Assembly: GCA_026415435.1 (NCBI GenBank)
Contig: JAOAHC010000045.1
Span: 99,069-163,068 of the forward strand
Reading direction: 5' to 3'
DNA from: Clostridia bacterium
Lineage (GTDB): Bacteria > Bacillota > Clostridia > TANB77 > CAG-465
Length of the DNA stretch: 64,000 bases
A program made the position numbers and the translations under genes. Shown here one piece after another: positions 21,000 through 30,832 of this stretch. Positions within the stretch are counted from its first letter, which is position 1. Each line of letters starts with the position of its first letter. The notes beneath the pieces are model-generated. The model was not told the DNA's origin. It searched no databases and was given only the letters and a program-made list of their open reading frames with translations.

Positions 21000-22844
21000 A
21001 TGAGAAATAAAGTATTGATTATTTTACCACTTATTATAGTATCAATACCAATAAGTATATTTTTTAGTTTTGTGATAGATAATTATTTAACTAAAAAAGC
21101 TTTTAGTATAGAGTCAATATCATTAAATAAAATACTTATAAATATAGGAAATAACATTAATTTAATTAAGCTGTTTTTTATGATACAACTTCTTATAATA
21201 GTGTTTATATTATTATTTACTATTTTAAAAAAAGATAATGAATTTAAAAGTGAGAATGTAAGAATAACAAATAATATATCAACTCCAAAAAAAGTAGGAC
21301 AAGGTCAGCATGGTACTTCTAGATGGCTAACAAGTAAAGAATTTGAGAACACCTTTAGTAAAAATATATTAGATTTATATAAAGATATAAGTAGTAATAT
21401 ATTTAATAGTGGGGGATTAGTTGTCGGTTATGAAAAAAAGAAAGATAAAGAGTATATATACTATATAAATGAAAATACTCATTCAATAACAATAGGAGCT
21501 ACCAGAAGTGGTAAAACAAGGACAATAGTATTGCAGACAATAGGAAATTTGGGATTTGCAGGTGAATCTATGATTATATCAGATCCAAAAGGTGAGATAT
21601 TTGAATTTACATCTGAGTTTTTAGAAAGTATAGGATATGAAATAGTAGTAATAGATTTTAAAGATCCACTTAAAAGTAATAAATATAATTTTTTACAACC
21701 AGTTATTGATGCAGTAAATAACAATGATTACCGAAAGGCAGAAGAATATGCATGGGATATAACAACAAGTTTAGTTGGAAGTGAAGACTCTAAAATGGAA
21801 AAGATTTGGAGAGATGGTGAAATGTCAATTATAGCTGGTAGTATAATGACAGTTGTATATGAAAATAAAGATAGACCTGAAGTTCAAAACTTAACTAATG
21901 TATATAGTTTTATATCTGAAATGTGCTTAAGCGATTATGGAGATATGCCAATAAACAGATATATAGAAGATTTAGATGATAATCATCCAGCCAAGAAAAT
22001 ATTTAATATAGCAAGAATTGCTCCTGAAAAAACAAGGGGCAGTTTTTTTACATCTGCTTTGACTACATTAAAGCTTTTTACAAGCGAATCAATTAACAAT
22101 ATGACTTGTAGAAGTGATTTTAATATAAAAGATACAGGAAAAATAAAAAGAGCGATATATATAATTTTACCTGATGAAAGAATCACGTATTATAGTTTAG
22201 CGAGTTTATTTGTAAATCAACAATATGTAAGTCTAGTTGAAGTTGCTGATATGAGAGGGGGTGAGCTAGAAAATAGAGTCAATTTCATGCTTGACGAATT
22301 TGGTAACTTTACAACTATACCAGGTTTTTCAAATATGCTCACAGTAGGAGGTGGTAGGAAAATACGATTTAATATATTTTTACAGTCATTTTCACAGCTT
22401 GAGAGTAAGTATTCAAAAGAGATAGCAAGTAATATATTAGATAACTGTCAAACTTGGATTTACTTAAAGACAGCAAATATAGATACTGCTAATAAAATAA
22501 TGAGAAAGTTAGGTAATTACACAACATCAAGTTATTCAAAATCTAATTCTTATGGGAAAAATGATAATGGGTCTAGTAGTAAATCAATGAATCTAATTAG
22601 TAGAGCATTACTTACAGAAGATGAAATTTTAAGAATAGAAAGACCTTATGTCCTAATAATAAATGCTGGAAATTATCCTGCAATAAAGATGATACCTGAT
22701 TTATCAAAGTGGCATTTTAATAAATTATTTGGCTTAGGTGATGTTGATTTTAATAGGAAAGTGAGGGAAGAAAGAAAAAATAAAAGAAGAATAAATGAAA
22801 GTGAAAAGATACAATTATGGGGAATATGGAAGGAATATAAATAG
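21000..22844 (+). CDS. Type IV coupling protein (VirD4/TraG-family ATPase)
   Basis: Two N-terminal TM helices, Walker A GATRSGKT and Walker B MLDEFGNF. Confidence 0.8.
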   Translation: MRNKVLIILPLIIVSIPISIFFSFVIDNYLTKKAFSIESISLNKILINIGNNINLIKLFFMIQLLIIVFILLFTILKKDNEFKSENVRITNNISTPKKVGQGQHGTSRWLTSKEFENTFSKNILDLYKDISSNIFNSGGLVVGYEKKKDKEYIYYINENTHSITIGATRSGKTRTIVLQTIGNLGFAGESMIISDPKGEIFEFTSEFLESIGYEIVVIDFKDPLKSNKYNFLQPVIDAVNNNDYRKAEEYAWDITTSLVGSEDSKMEKIWRDGEMSIIAGSIMTVVYENKDRPEVQNLTNVYSFISEMCLSDYGDMPINRYIEDLDDNHPAKKIFNIARIAPEKTRGSFFTSALTTLKLFTSESINNMTCRSDFNIKDTGKIKRAIYIILPDERITYYSLASLFVNQQYVSLVEVADMRGGELENRVNFMLDEFGNFTTIPGFSNMLTVGGGRKIRFNIFLQSFSQLESKYSKEIASNILDNCQTWIYLKTANIDTANKIMRKLGNYTTSSYSKSNSYGKNDNGSSSKSMNLISRALLTEDEILRIERPYVLIINAGNYPAIKMIPDLSKWHFNKLFGLGDVDFNRKVREERKNKRRINESEKIQLWGIWKEYK

Positions 22845-22858
22845 AGGAGGTTTTATGC

Positions 22859-23182
22859 ATGTTAAAAAGAAAAGAAATAAAAGTAGTGGCTCTAGTTACA
22901 GTAATATCAAGTTATATAAATTATTGTTTTGGAGCTGGAATAGAAAGTACAAAACTTGTAACTGGAACACAAAATTTAATAAATGATTTAACTAATTGGT
23001 TACTTATAATAGCACCTGCACTAACAATACTTTTAGTAGGATATTATTTACTTAGAAAGTCGGCTAGTGATGAGATGGATGCAAAAAGGTGGGATAGTAG
23101 AATAAAAATAGCAATTATATGTTGCATAGGAGTAGTAGTTATTTCAGGACTTATAAATGTATTAATGAATTACTATAAATAG
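22859..23182 (+). CDS. Small 2-TM membrane protein, a VirB2/TrbC-like pilin candidate
   Basis: Signal-like N-terminus plus two hydrophobic helices. GAGGAGG RBS 8 nt upstream. Confidence 0.4.
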   Translation: MLKRKEIKVVALVTVISSYINYCFGAGIESTKLVTGTQNLINDLTNWLLIIAPALTILLVGYYLLRKSASDEMDAKRWDSRIKIAIICCIGVVVISGLINVLMNYYK

Positions 23183-23193
23183 GTGGTGATAGT

Positions 23194-24054
23194 GTGGATA
23201 AGTTACTAACTAATTTTATAGTTTCAATAATAAGTAGTGCAGATAACGGTATAAATTATGTATTTAATAATTTACTAGACGTATGTTTTAATGCAGAAGA
23301 GAATTTAACTAATATAGCTGGAACACAAATATTGAACTTTGATGGGCTTAAAGCAATTATATTATCATTTTCAATATCATTAATAATACTCAAGTTTTTA
23401 AAGAAAGGTTTTGATGTATATATATTATGGGTTGAAGGAGATACCGATACACCACCACTTACTTTTATAACATATTTTGTTAGATCTTTAGTAATTGCAA
23501 TATCATTTCCAGTATTATACGAGTGGATGATAACAGTAGCTAAAGATTTTACAAATAAGATACTCACAACATTAAATGTGAGTGATCAAGTAGGACTTAC
23601 TACTAACTTAGCACAAGTTTCAGTAGTAAGTATTTTTTCAGCTATATTTGGAATTATAGTACTTATAATGTTGTTTTTATTATATATTCAATTTATAATG
23701 AGGGGAATAGAAATGTTTATATTAAAGCTAGGATTTCCACTTGCATGTGTCGGATTAGTTGATTCTGACAAAGGAGTATTTGCTCCATATGTAAAGAAAT
23801 TCTTTCAGAGTATAGTTACAGTAATAGTTCAAATAGCACTTGCTAAAATAGTAATACTTCTAATAGTATCAGATCAACTTATAAACGCAACAGCAGTACT
23901 TTTAGTAACACTTAGAACACCTAAATTCTTATCTGAATTTATGCTAATTTCAGGTAATGGAAGTAGTGGAATAAGCAATATGATACATACAACAAGTAAA
24001 TCTATAGAATTAAAAAAACAGCTAGCTAAAGTAGTAGAAAAAAAGGTGGCTTGA
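23194..24054 (+). CDS. VirB6/TrbL-like polytopic membrane protein of the T4SS
   Basis: 286 aa with at least five TM helices, located in the T4SS gene block. Confidence 0.6.
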   Translation: MDKLLTNFIVSIISSADNGINYVFNNLLDVCFNAEENLTNIAGTQILNFDGLKAIILSFSISLIILKFLKKGFDVYILWVEGDTDTPPLTFITYFVRSLVIAISFPVLYEWMITVAKDFTNKILTTLNVSDQVGLTTNLAQVSVVSIFSAIFGIIVLIMLFLLYIQFIMRGIEMFILKLGFPLACVGLVDSDKGVFAPYVKKFFQSIVTVIVQIALAKIVILLIVSDQLINATAVLLVTLRTPKFLSEFMLISGNGSSGISNMIHTTSKSIELKKQLAKVVEKKVA

Positions 24055-24055
24055 T

Positions 24056-24268
24056 TTGGATGTAATTGATGTATTAATAAAAGTGTTAAGAGTAGGCATA
24101 ATACCAACAGGAGTGATCTTAAGAGTAATATATTGTTTTATAAAAATGATGTATTCAGAAGATGAAGTTGGAGTTTATAAAAAAAGAATAGTTAGTATTA
24201 TTATTTTTGGAATAGTAGCAGAATTAATATTTGTGATAAAAGATATAATTATATTGTATTTTAGTTGA
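24056..24268 (+). CDS. Small membrane protein (70 aa)
   Basis: Two TM helices, TTG start, translationally coupled to the upstream gene. Confidence 0.45.
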   Translation: MDVIDVLIKVLRVGIIPTGVILRVIYCFIKMMYSEDEVGVYKKRIVSIIIFGIVAELIFVIKDIIILYFS

Positions 24269-24357
24269 AAAATTGATATAATTAATGTAGGCTATTACAT
24301 TATATAGGTTCAAATCCTATTCATCTCAAAAATATACAAATTATAAATTGCAAATTT

Positions 24358-24483
24358 ATGAATAACTTAATACTTCCTTCAATTTACGGAGCATTAATAT
24401 CTAATATATTAGGAGGGATATCTATGAAGAGTACAATTATTATATTTTTAACAATCACATTTATTATACTTGAGATGATCTAA
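24358..24483 (+). CDS. Tiny hydrophobic ORF (41 aa, or 19 aa from an internal ATG with a strong RBS)
   Basis: TTAGGAGGGAT lies 7 nt before ATG 24424. Not in the ORF track. Confidence 0.25.
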   Translation: MNNLILPSIYGALISNILGGISMKSTIIIFLTITFIILEMI

Positions 24484-24553
24484 GAAGAATAATGATATAT
24501 ATAGTAGTTAGTAAATGTGATTGTTTTCAATTTTTATATAATAAGGAGGTTTT

Positions 24554-25087
24554 ATGGATATAATTAATATAATTCAAAGTATGTTAGATTTATTAAAAAT
24601 AGATATGCAATTTATAATAAAGTTATTAGAATTAAATATACAGACAATAGGAATATTTATTGCTATAATTGGTGGGCTTGTTGCAACAAAAATTATTTCA
24701 TTAAATACTGAGAAGGATGAAATTAAATTGAAAAAAGATCAAATTGATTTAGAAATAGAACATATTAGTAAATATTTAGAAGAAAAAAATAAAGTAAATA
24801 TGGAAATATATAAAAATGAAGTTTATGAAGAAATGGTTGATATGATTTATGATGAGTCTTGTGAATATACAATATTTGATAATTATAATCCTTTTATCGA
24901 GGCCGAAGAAAGAGAGAAATTTAAAGAAAGTATTATAAATTTATTAAGTAATAAAAGAGATATAATAGAAAAAACTGTTAAAAGACAAATAGTTACTAAA
25001 GAAATTTTTTTGAAAGAATGCAAAGAAGAAATAGGGAGCATAGAATATAAGATTTTAGATTATTTTTATGATAAATTGGAGGTTTAA
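24554..25087 (+). CDS. Hypothetical membrane-anchored protein
   Basis: AAGGAGG RBS and one TM helix. Confidence 0.55.
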   Translation: MDIINIIQSMLDLLKIDMQFIIKLLELNIQTIGIFIAIIGGLVATKIISLNTEKDEIKLKKDQIDLEIEHISKYLEEKNKVNMEIYKNEVYEEMVDMIYDESCEYTIFDNYNPFIEAEEREKFKESIINLLSNKRDIIEKTVKRQIVTKEIFLKECKEEIGSIEYKILDYFYDKLEV

Positions 25088-25088
25088 A

Positions 25089-25517
25089 ATGAATTTTAAT
25101 GAATTACCTAATTCTATATATTCAAAATTCGAAAATTTAATTAAGCCAATAGATTATTCTTTGCCAGAATTACCCAAAATTAAATTCACTAATAATATAA
25201 ATTCGGCAATGGATACATTAAAGAAAAATAATTTAATTTCAGAAATAGATAAGTTGAAATATGAATTGGAATGGAAAAAAAGTGAAATAAAAAGACTAGA
25301 AAACAGATTAAATGCATTAGAAAAGAATAATGATATAAGTGAAAGTATAAGAACTTTTATTTTTATAACAATAATAAGTATAATTATACCGTTTATATTT
25401 ATTGTTATAAGTAATGTTTTAGATAATAGTTTAAGTAATCTTTTTTTAATAATATATATAGTAAGCACTTTTATAACATCTATGATAAAATTATATCAAT
25501 ATTTAAAAAAAGTATAA
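25089..25517 (+). CDS. Hypothetical coiled-coil protein with C-terminal TM helices
   Basis: GGAGGTT RBS before ATG 25089. Confidence 0.5.
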   Translation: MNFNELPNSIYSKFENLIKPIDYSLPELPKIKFTNNINSAMDTLKKNNLISEIDKLKYELEWKKSEIKRLENRLNALEKNNDISESIRTFIFITIISIIIPFIFIVISNVLDNSLSNLFLIIYIVSTFITSMIKLYQYLKKV

Positions 25518-25541
25518 GTTATAAAGCTAGGAGATAGAAAT

Positions 25542-25862
25542 ATGGAAGAGAAACAAAATAATTTATATATACCTGCTAATATAAAAACAAGATTAGAATT
25601 TTTTAAAGGATATGGAATAAAGGAATTAGTCGCTACAATTACAGTAGTGGCTTTTTTCATGCCTATAATCTATCTAATATATTTACTTAAAGGTATATTA
25701 GTAGCGATAATAGTGTTTCTTGTTTTTATAGCAGGTACAGTAATAGCAAATACAAAGGATGATAATAATCTTTGTATTGTAGAACAATTAAGATTTATGA
25801 TTAGAAAGAGTAAAATGCAAAAATTATATAAATACAAACATTATGATAAATGGAGGGGATGA
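25542..25862 (+). CDS. VirB3/PrgI-like small 2-TM protein
   Basis: 106 aa with two TM helices, immediately upstream of the VirB4 genes. Confidence 0.55.
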   Translation: MEEKQNNLYIPANIKTRLEFFKGYGIKELVATITVVAFFMPIIYLIYLLKGILVAIIVFLVFIAGTVIANTKDDNNLCIVEQLRFMIRKSKMQKLYKYKHYDKWRG

Positions 25863-25865
25863 TGT

Positions 25866-26480
25866 ATGAAATTTAGTGAATTTTTTAAACAAGAAAAAGA
25901 AAAATCTTGTAATGATGAAATAAATATAAAAGATATTAGAAATAATTTTTTATATACTAAAGACAATAAAATTATGATGTATATTAAGATCCAACCACTT
26001 AATATACATCTTTTATCTGAAAAAGAACAGGAGCAAATAATAAAAACACTTGCAGGAGAGTTATCAAGTGAAAATAGAGAAATGAAGTTTTTTAGTATAT
26101 CACGACCTGTTGATGTAGGTGATTTAATAGAAGATTTAAGAAAAATACAAAATGATAGCGTGGATCAAGTACAAAAAACATTATTAAATAAACATATTAA
26201 TGAAACAGTTAAACTTACATTTACAGGAGATGCGGTAGAGAGACAAAACTTTTTAATAATATGGCAAGATATAAGTGAATATGCAGAAAAAGATTTATTA
26301 AAAAGAGCTATGGATTTATTAAATAAATTTTCTAGTTGTAATATAAAAAGTGAAATATTAGAAGAACAATATATTATTCAGTTATGTAGTGGATTTACTA
26401 ATATGAATTTTGCATTTAAAGAAGATAGTGAATATAACGATTTTATGCCAAGTATAAGAAGGGAGGCAGATAATTATTGA
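25866..26480 (+). CDS. VirB4-family conjugation ATPase, N-terminal domain as a separate ORF
   Basis: GGAGGGG RBS. It ends at a TGA that overlaps the next ORF, which is in the -1 frame. Confidence 0.6.
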   Translation: MKFSEFFKQEKEKSCNDEINIKDIRNNFLYTKDNKIMMYIKIQPLNIHLLSEKEQEQIIKTLAGELSSENREMKFFSISRPVDVGDLIEDLRKIQNDSVDQVQKTLLNKHINETVKLTFTGDAVERQNFLIIWQDISEYAEKDLLKRAMDLLNKFSSCNIKSEILEEQYIIQLCSGFTNMNFAFKEDSEYNDFMPSIRREADNY

Positions 26481-28306
26481 AAATAAAAGAATTTGAAGGA
26501 GTACAGATAAATAATAGTCTACTTAATATTATTACTCCTATTTCAGGAATTGAATATAAACAAAATAAAATGAGAATAGGTGATAACTTTGCTAAAATAT
26601 ATACAATTATTAAATATCCTAAGAATGTTAAAATTGGATGGTTAAGTAAAATATCAAATATACCTAACACTATATCTACACAAATATTCGAGCCTACAGA
26701 TAATACTTTACTTATTGAAAATATATCAAAAGGTATAAGACAAAGTGAAATCATATATGAAACTTCAAAAGATGCCTTAGTTAGAAAAAGAGCTTTAAGA
26801 GAAATAGAAGATGCTCAAGAAATATTAGATAAAGTAGAAGTAAAAGGTGAAACAGTGGGCTATATGACAATAGCTATAATGGTACTTGCAGAAGATGAAG
26901 AAACTTTAAATAGAAGATGTAAGAGAGTTGAAAGTATAATATGTAGTATGCAACTTAAAATGAGAAGTTTAGCTAACTTGTTAAAAGAGTCATATCAAAC
27001 AATAGCACCATTCCATACAATTGATAAAACAATAAAACAAATAGCAAGAAGAAATATAATGATGTCTGACTTTATTGGTGGATTTCCATTTGGTGGTGGT
27101 GGACTTAATGATGGTAATGGATTCGTATTTGGTAAAGACACAACTGGAGGAATAGTAGTATTAGATACATGGAGGAGAGGATTAGATAGAACAAATAGTA
27201 ATTTTGTAGTAATGGGTACAAGTGGTGTTGGAAAATCCACTGCAACTAAACATTTAATACTAAATGAATATATGAGAAATACAAAAATAATAATAATAGA
27301 TCCTGAAAGAGAATATAGAACTCTATGTAATAAACTAGGTGGCGATTGGATAAATGTAGTAGGTAAAAATGGTGCTATGATAAATCCACTACAAATAAAA
27401 CCAGTACCTTTAGATGACGATGATGAAGATATTATAGGATATAAAGATGAGGGCAAAGGGCTTGGAGCAATGGCTTTACATATGCAAAATATAAGACCAT
27501 TTTTTAAGTTGCTCTTTCCTGAACTTACATATAATCAATCTACAATAATAAATGAGGCTCTAGAAAGCTTATATAACAAATTTAAAATATATTGGGATAC
27601 TGATATAACAAAACTTAAAAACAAGGAATTTCCTATAATTAAAGACTTATACGAGCTACTTAAAGATAGAGTATCAAAGTTGGAAAAAGAAAATAGTAAT
27701 ATATCTGATTATAAAATAGTATTATCTTTGTTAAGGGAAATAAGTATTGGTGCCGATAGTGAAATATTTAATGGACATACAAGTGTAAAAATTAATAGTA
27801 AGTGTATAGTACTTGATACATTCAGTTTGCAAAATAGTGATGAAAGAATAAAAAAAGCACAGTACTATAATATACTTACTTATTGTTGGGATATTATGAG
27901 CAAGAATAAAGATGAAAAAGTTTTACTTGTTTGTGATGAAGCATATTTAATGATTGATACACAAGTACCACAAAGTTTGGTATTTCTAAGGAATATAGCA
28001 AAAAGATGTAGAAAATATAATGGTGGGATTGTTATAATATCACATTCAGTTGTAGACTTTTTAGATCCTAGTGTAAAAATGTATGGACAGGCAATATTAG
28101 ATATGGCCTGCTATAAAATACTAATGGGATCAGATGGTAAAAACTTAGAAGAAATGAAGGTATTATATAAACTAACTGAAGCAGAAACAGATTTAATATA
28201 TTCAAGGCAGATGGGTGTAGCATTATTCATGGCTGGTACAAGCAGATTAAGTATTAAGTTTGATATATATAACTATGAATTTAATTACTTTTCAAAGAGT
28301 GTATAA
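26477..28306 (+). CDS. VirB4-family conjugation ATPase, C-terminal ATPase part
   Basis: Walker A GTSGVGKST and Walker B LLVCDEAY. TTG start 10 nt after GGGAGG. Confidence 0.75.
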   Translation: MKIKEFEGVQINNSLLNIITPISGIEYKQNKMRIGDNFAKIYTIIKYPKNVKIGWLSKISNIPNTISTQIFEPTDNTLLIENISKGIRQSEIIYETSKDALVRKRALREIEDAQEILDKVEVKGETVGYMTIAIMVLAEDEETLNRRCKRVESIICSMQLKMRSLANLLKESYQTIAPFHTIDKTIKQIARRNIMMSDFIGGFPFGGGGLNDGNGFVFGKDTTGGIVVLDTWRRGLDRTNSNFVVMGTSGVGKSTATKHLILNEYMRNTKIIIIDPEREYRTLCNKLGGDWINVVGKNGAMINPLQIKPVPLDDDDEDIIGYKDEGKGLGAMALHMQNIRPFFKLLFPELTYNQSTIINEALESLYNKFKIYWDTDITKLKNKEFPIIKDLYELLKDRVSKLEKENSNISDYKIVLSLLREISIGADSEIFNGHTSVKINSKCIVLDTFSLQNSDERIKKAQYYNILTYCWDIMSKNKDEKVLLVCDEAYLMIDTQVPQSLVFLRNIAKRCRKYNGGIVIISHSVVDFLDPSVKMYGQAILDMACYKILMGSDGKNLEEMKVLYKLTEAETDLIYSRQMGVALFMAGTSRLSIKFDIYNYEFNYFSKSV

Positions 28307-28309
28307 ATT

Positions 28310-28996
28310 ATGGCAATAGATCCAGTTACAGCTAAAATAATAACACAACAATTAACTAAAATAGCTTTAGATGAAGAAAAAAGGACTAAATTTATACTTG
28401 CAATAAGTATAGTTATAGTTTTTTTCTTACTTATTATATTCGTACCATTATATTTAATTATGAATCCAATTGAGACAATAAAATTATTACTTTCAGATGA
28501 AGATATAGGCATTGTAGAAAGTTTGAAAAAAGATAATCCCAATATTCCACAAAAAGGTGAATTAGTATTTAAAGGCAAATTTCCATTACCAATTCAAGGG
28601 ACAATAACAAGTGATTATGGATATAGAATAAATCCTATAACAGGAAAAGAAGAAAAACATACAGGTATTGATATTTCAGGTAAACATAGAGATAATATAA
28701 TTTCAGTAGAAGACGGAATAGTAACATTTGCAGGACTACAAAAAGGATATGGAAATTGCATAGAAATAAAACATGAATTAGAAAGTGAGATTTTTTATAG
28801 TTTTTATGCACATATGTCTAGAATAGATGTAATTGTAGGACAAGAATTAGAACAAGGAGATATTATTGGACAGGAAGGAGGTGATCCAAGTACAGATCCT
28901 TATCCAGGTTATAGCACAGGGCATCACTTACATTTTGAAATAAGATTAAAAAACGGATATGGTAATGATATAGATCCAATTAAATATATTTTCTAA
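28310..28996 (+). CDS. M23-family peptidoglycan endopeptidase (conjugation-associated wall hydrolase)
   Basis: N-terminal TM helix and the zinc motifs HTGIDI...HLHFEI. Confidence 0.85.
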   Translation: MAIDPVTAKIITQQLTKIALDEEKRTKFILAISIVIVFFLLIIFVPLYLIMNPIETIKLLLSDEDIGIVESLKKDNPNIPQKGELVFKGKFPLPIQGTITSDYGYRINPITGKEEKHTGIDISGKHRDNIISVEDGIVTFAGLQKGYGNCIEIKHELESEIFYSFYAHMSRIDVIVGQELEQGDIIGQEGGDPSTDPYPGYSTGHHLHFEIRLKNGYGNDIDPIKYIF

Positions 28997-29115
28997 AAAA
29001 TAGTTATGTTAAAATTGATGCAACACTTCATACGACAATATTCGACAAAAAATACCCGTAGCAATATTCTACAAGTTATGATATAATAATTCAAAATACG
29101 TGGGAGGTAATTTTT

Positions 29116-29535
29116 ATGGCAAAGAAAAAAGTTTTTGTATCATTTGATTTTGAAAATGATAGAAATTATAAATACTTACTAGAAGCTTGGAATAATAATT
29201 CGGAATTTGAATTTACAATGGAGGATAAATCATCAAGAGAAATTAATAGTTGGAATATTTCTACTATAAAAGGATCTTTAACAACAAAAATAAATCAATC
29301 AAATTATACTATTGTTATTATAGGAAGATATGCAAATGTTAAAGATAAAAACTCTGATATTATAGGATATAGGAATTGGCAGAATTTTGAAATTGCTAAA
29401 AGTAAAGAAAATGGCAATAAATTGATTGGTGTTAAACTAAATAGTACTTATGAATCACCAGAAGAGTTATTAGGAGCCGGAGCAAACTGGGCGACTTACA
29501 GTGTTGAAAGTATTATAAAAGCTCTTAATAGTTAA
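29116..29535 (+). CDS. TIR-like domain protein (DUF1863 / ThsB-like)
   Basis: The N-terminus MAKKKVFVSFDFEND and the block YTIVIIGRYAN...WQNFEIAKSKENGNKLIGVKLN resemble the Thoeris ThsB / MTH538 TIR-like pattern. GGGAGGT RBS. Confidence 0.6.
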   Translation: MAKKKVFVSFDFENDRNYKYLLEAWNNNSEFEFTMEDKSSREINSWNISTIKGSLTTKINQSNYTIVIIGRYANVKDKNSDIIGYRNWQNFEIAKSKENGNKLIGVKLNSTYESPEELLGAGANWATYSVESIIKALNS

Positions 29536-29536
29536 T

Positions 29537-30118
29537 ATGAAAGACTTAGAATTAATTTATGATCATTATAAAGATACTTTTAGTATGATAAAAGAAAATG
29601 AGAAAAAAAGGGATAAATTGTTTATACTTCTATTTGTATTGTTACTACTTTTGTTTTTATGTTCAATAATGCCAAGCGATATATATTCTATGTTTCAAGA
29701 CATTATAAAAAATAAATTAGAAACAAATATAATGTTTGGATTTGATATAATACAGACATTTTTATGGATAATAATATTTTATACTACTGTTAAATATTTT
29801 CAAATTGTAGTTCATATTAATAGAAGTTATGAATATTTAAACAATATTGAAAAACAAATTAATAAAAAGATTAAATTTAAATTTCAAAGAGAAGGAAATC
29901 AATATTTTGACAATTATCCTTTGTTATTAGACTATATTTATCAGATGTATATAACAGTTTTTCCTATATTATACGGATTACTTATTACATTTCAAATTTT
30001 ATTTGAATGGATAAAAAATAGTAATTTGTATCTAAATATAATTGATGCAATTATATATATATTTATTTTAATTCTTATAATTTTATATTATATTATATTA
30101 CACACTAAAAAAAATTAA
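29537..30118 (+). CDS. Four-TM membrane protein translationally coupled to the TIR gene; a candidate effector
   Basis: Its ATG falls 2 nt after the TIR gene stop. It has four hydrophobic helices and a ~45-aa cytoplasmic loop between TM2 and TM3. Confidence 0.6.
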   Translation: MKDLELIYDHYKDTFSMIKENEKKRDKLFILLFVLLLLLFLCSIMPSDIYSMFQDIIKNKLETNIMFGFDIIQTFLWIIIFYTTVKYFQIVVHINRSYEYLNNIEKQINKKIKFKFQREGNQYFDNYPLLLDYIYQMYITVFPILYGLLITFQILFEWIKNSNLYLNIIDAIIYIFILILIILYYIILHTKKN

Positions 30119-30137
30119 TTTTGAAAGGAAGGTTCAA

Positions 30138-30782
30138 ATGAAAAAAATTGAAATAATAAATGAATACATAAATAAATGTAATGAAGTTATTGAATTAGAA
30201 GATAAAAATAAAGCAAGTCAATTGCAAGATGAAATTATAGCAGTGTATAGCCCAGAAATTGAAGATATTGTAAATGGGTTAGATAATTATAGTGGAAGAG
30301 GACTTTATGATGAATCTTTCAGAACAGATTTTATAAAAGATTTAAATCTATTAAGAGCTAAATTAATAAACTATAAATCTAATATTGAAATGAATGAAGA
30401 AAGAGATATACGAAGTTTAAAAAATAAAGAATATGATGTGGAAGTGTTAAGATACAAACAATTAATTATAAATAATACGAATAATAACAATACAACTGTT
30501 AGCAATAATAACAATAATATTACTAATGCAGTGCTAACAATAGATAATGTTTTAAAAAGAATTAATCAAATTAAAGAAAATGAAAAAATGTCTGAAATAG
30601 ATAAAGAAAATATGATATCAAATATTAATGAAGTAAAGGCTTTAATATTGCAAGGAAATAATGAAAAAGCTAATTCAAAATTAAAAGATTTTGTTAAATT
30701 TATAATTGATAAGGCTATTCCAATAGGTGCAGATATAATATTACAATTAGGTACAGTGACTGATTTTCTGAGTAAATTATAA
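30138..30782 (+). CDS. Hypothetical coiled-coil protein with a poly-Asn linker
   Basis: GGAAGG RBS. Confidence 0.5.
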   Translation: MKKIEIINEYINKCNEVIELEDKNKASQLQDEIIAVYSPEIEDIVNGLDNYSGRGLYDESFRTDFIKDLNLLRAKLINYKSNIEMNEERDIRSLKNKEYDVEVLRYKQLIINNTNNNNTTVSNNNNNITNAVLTIDNVLKRINQIKENEKMSEIDKENMISNINEVKALILQGNNEKANSKLKDFVKFIIDKAIPIGADIILQLGTVTDFLSKL

Positions 30783-30832
30783 TAAAGAGCTATTTTAGCT
30801 CAAACAAATATTTATTTGGAGGTGAATAATGA

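Noticed and set aside
22795-22986. ORF 22795-22986 overlapping the T4CP gene end and the next gene.
   Set aside because: It is in an alternative frame. The RBS spacing favours ATG 22859, which encodes a plausible membrane protein.
26440-26500. Programmed -1 ribosomal frameshift joining the two VirB4 ORFs.
   Set aside because: No X-XXY-YYZ slippery heptamer or downstream structure is evident. A split gene or a sequencing error is more parsimonious.
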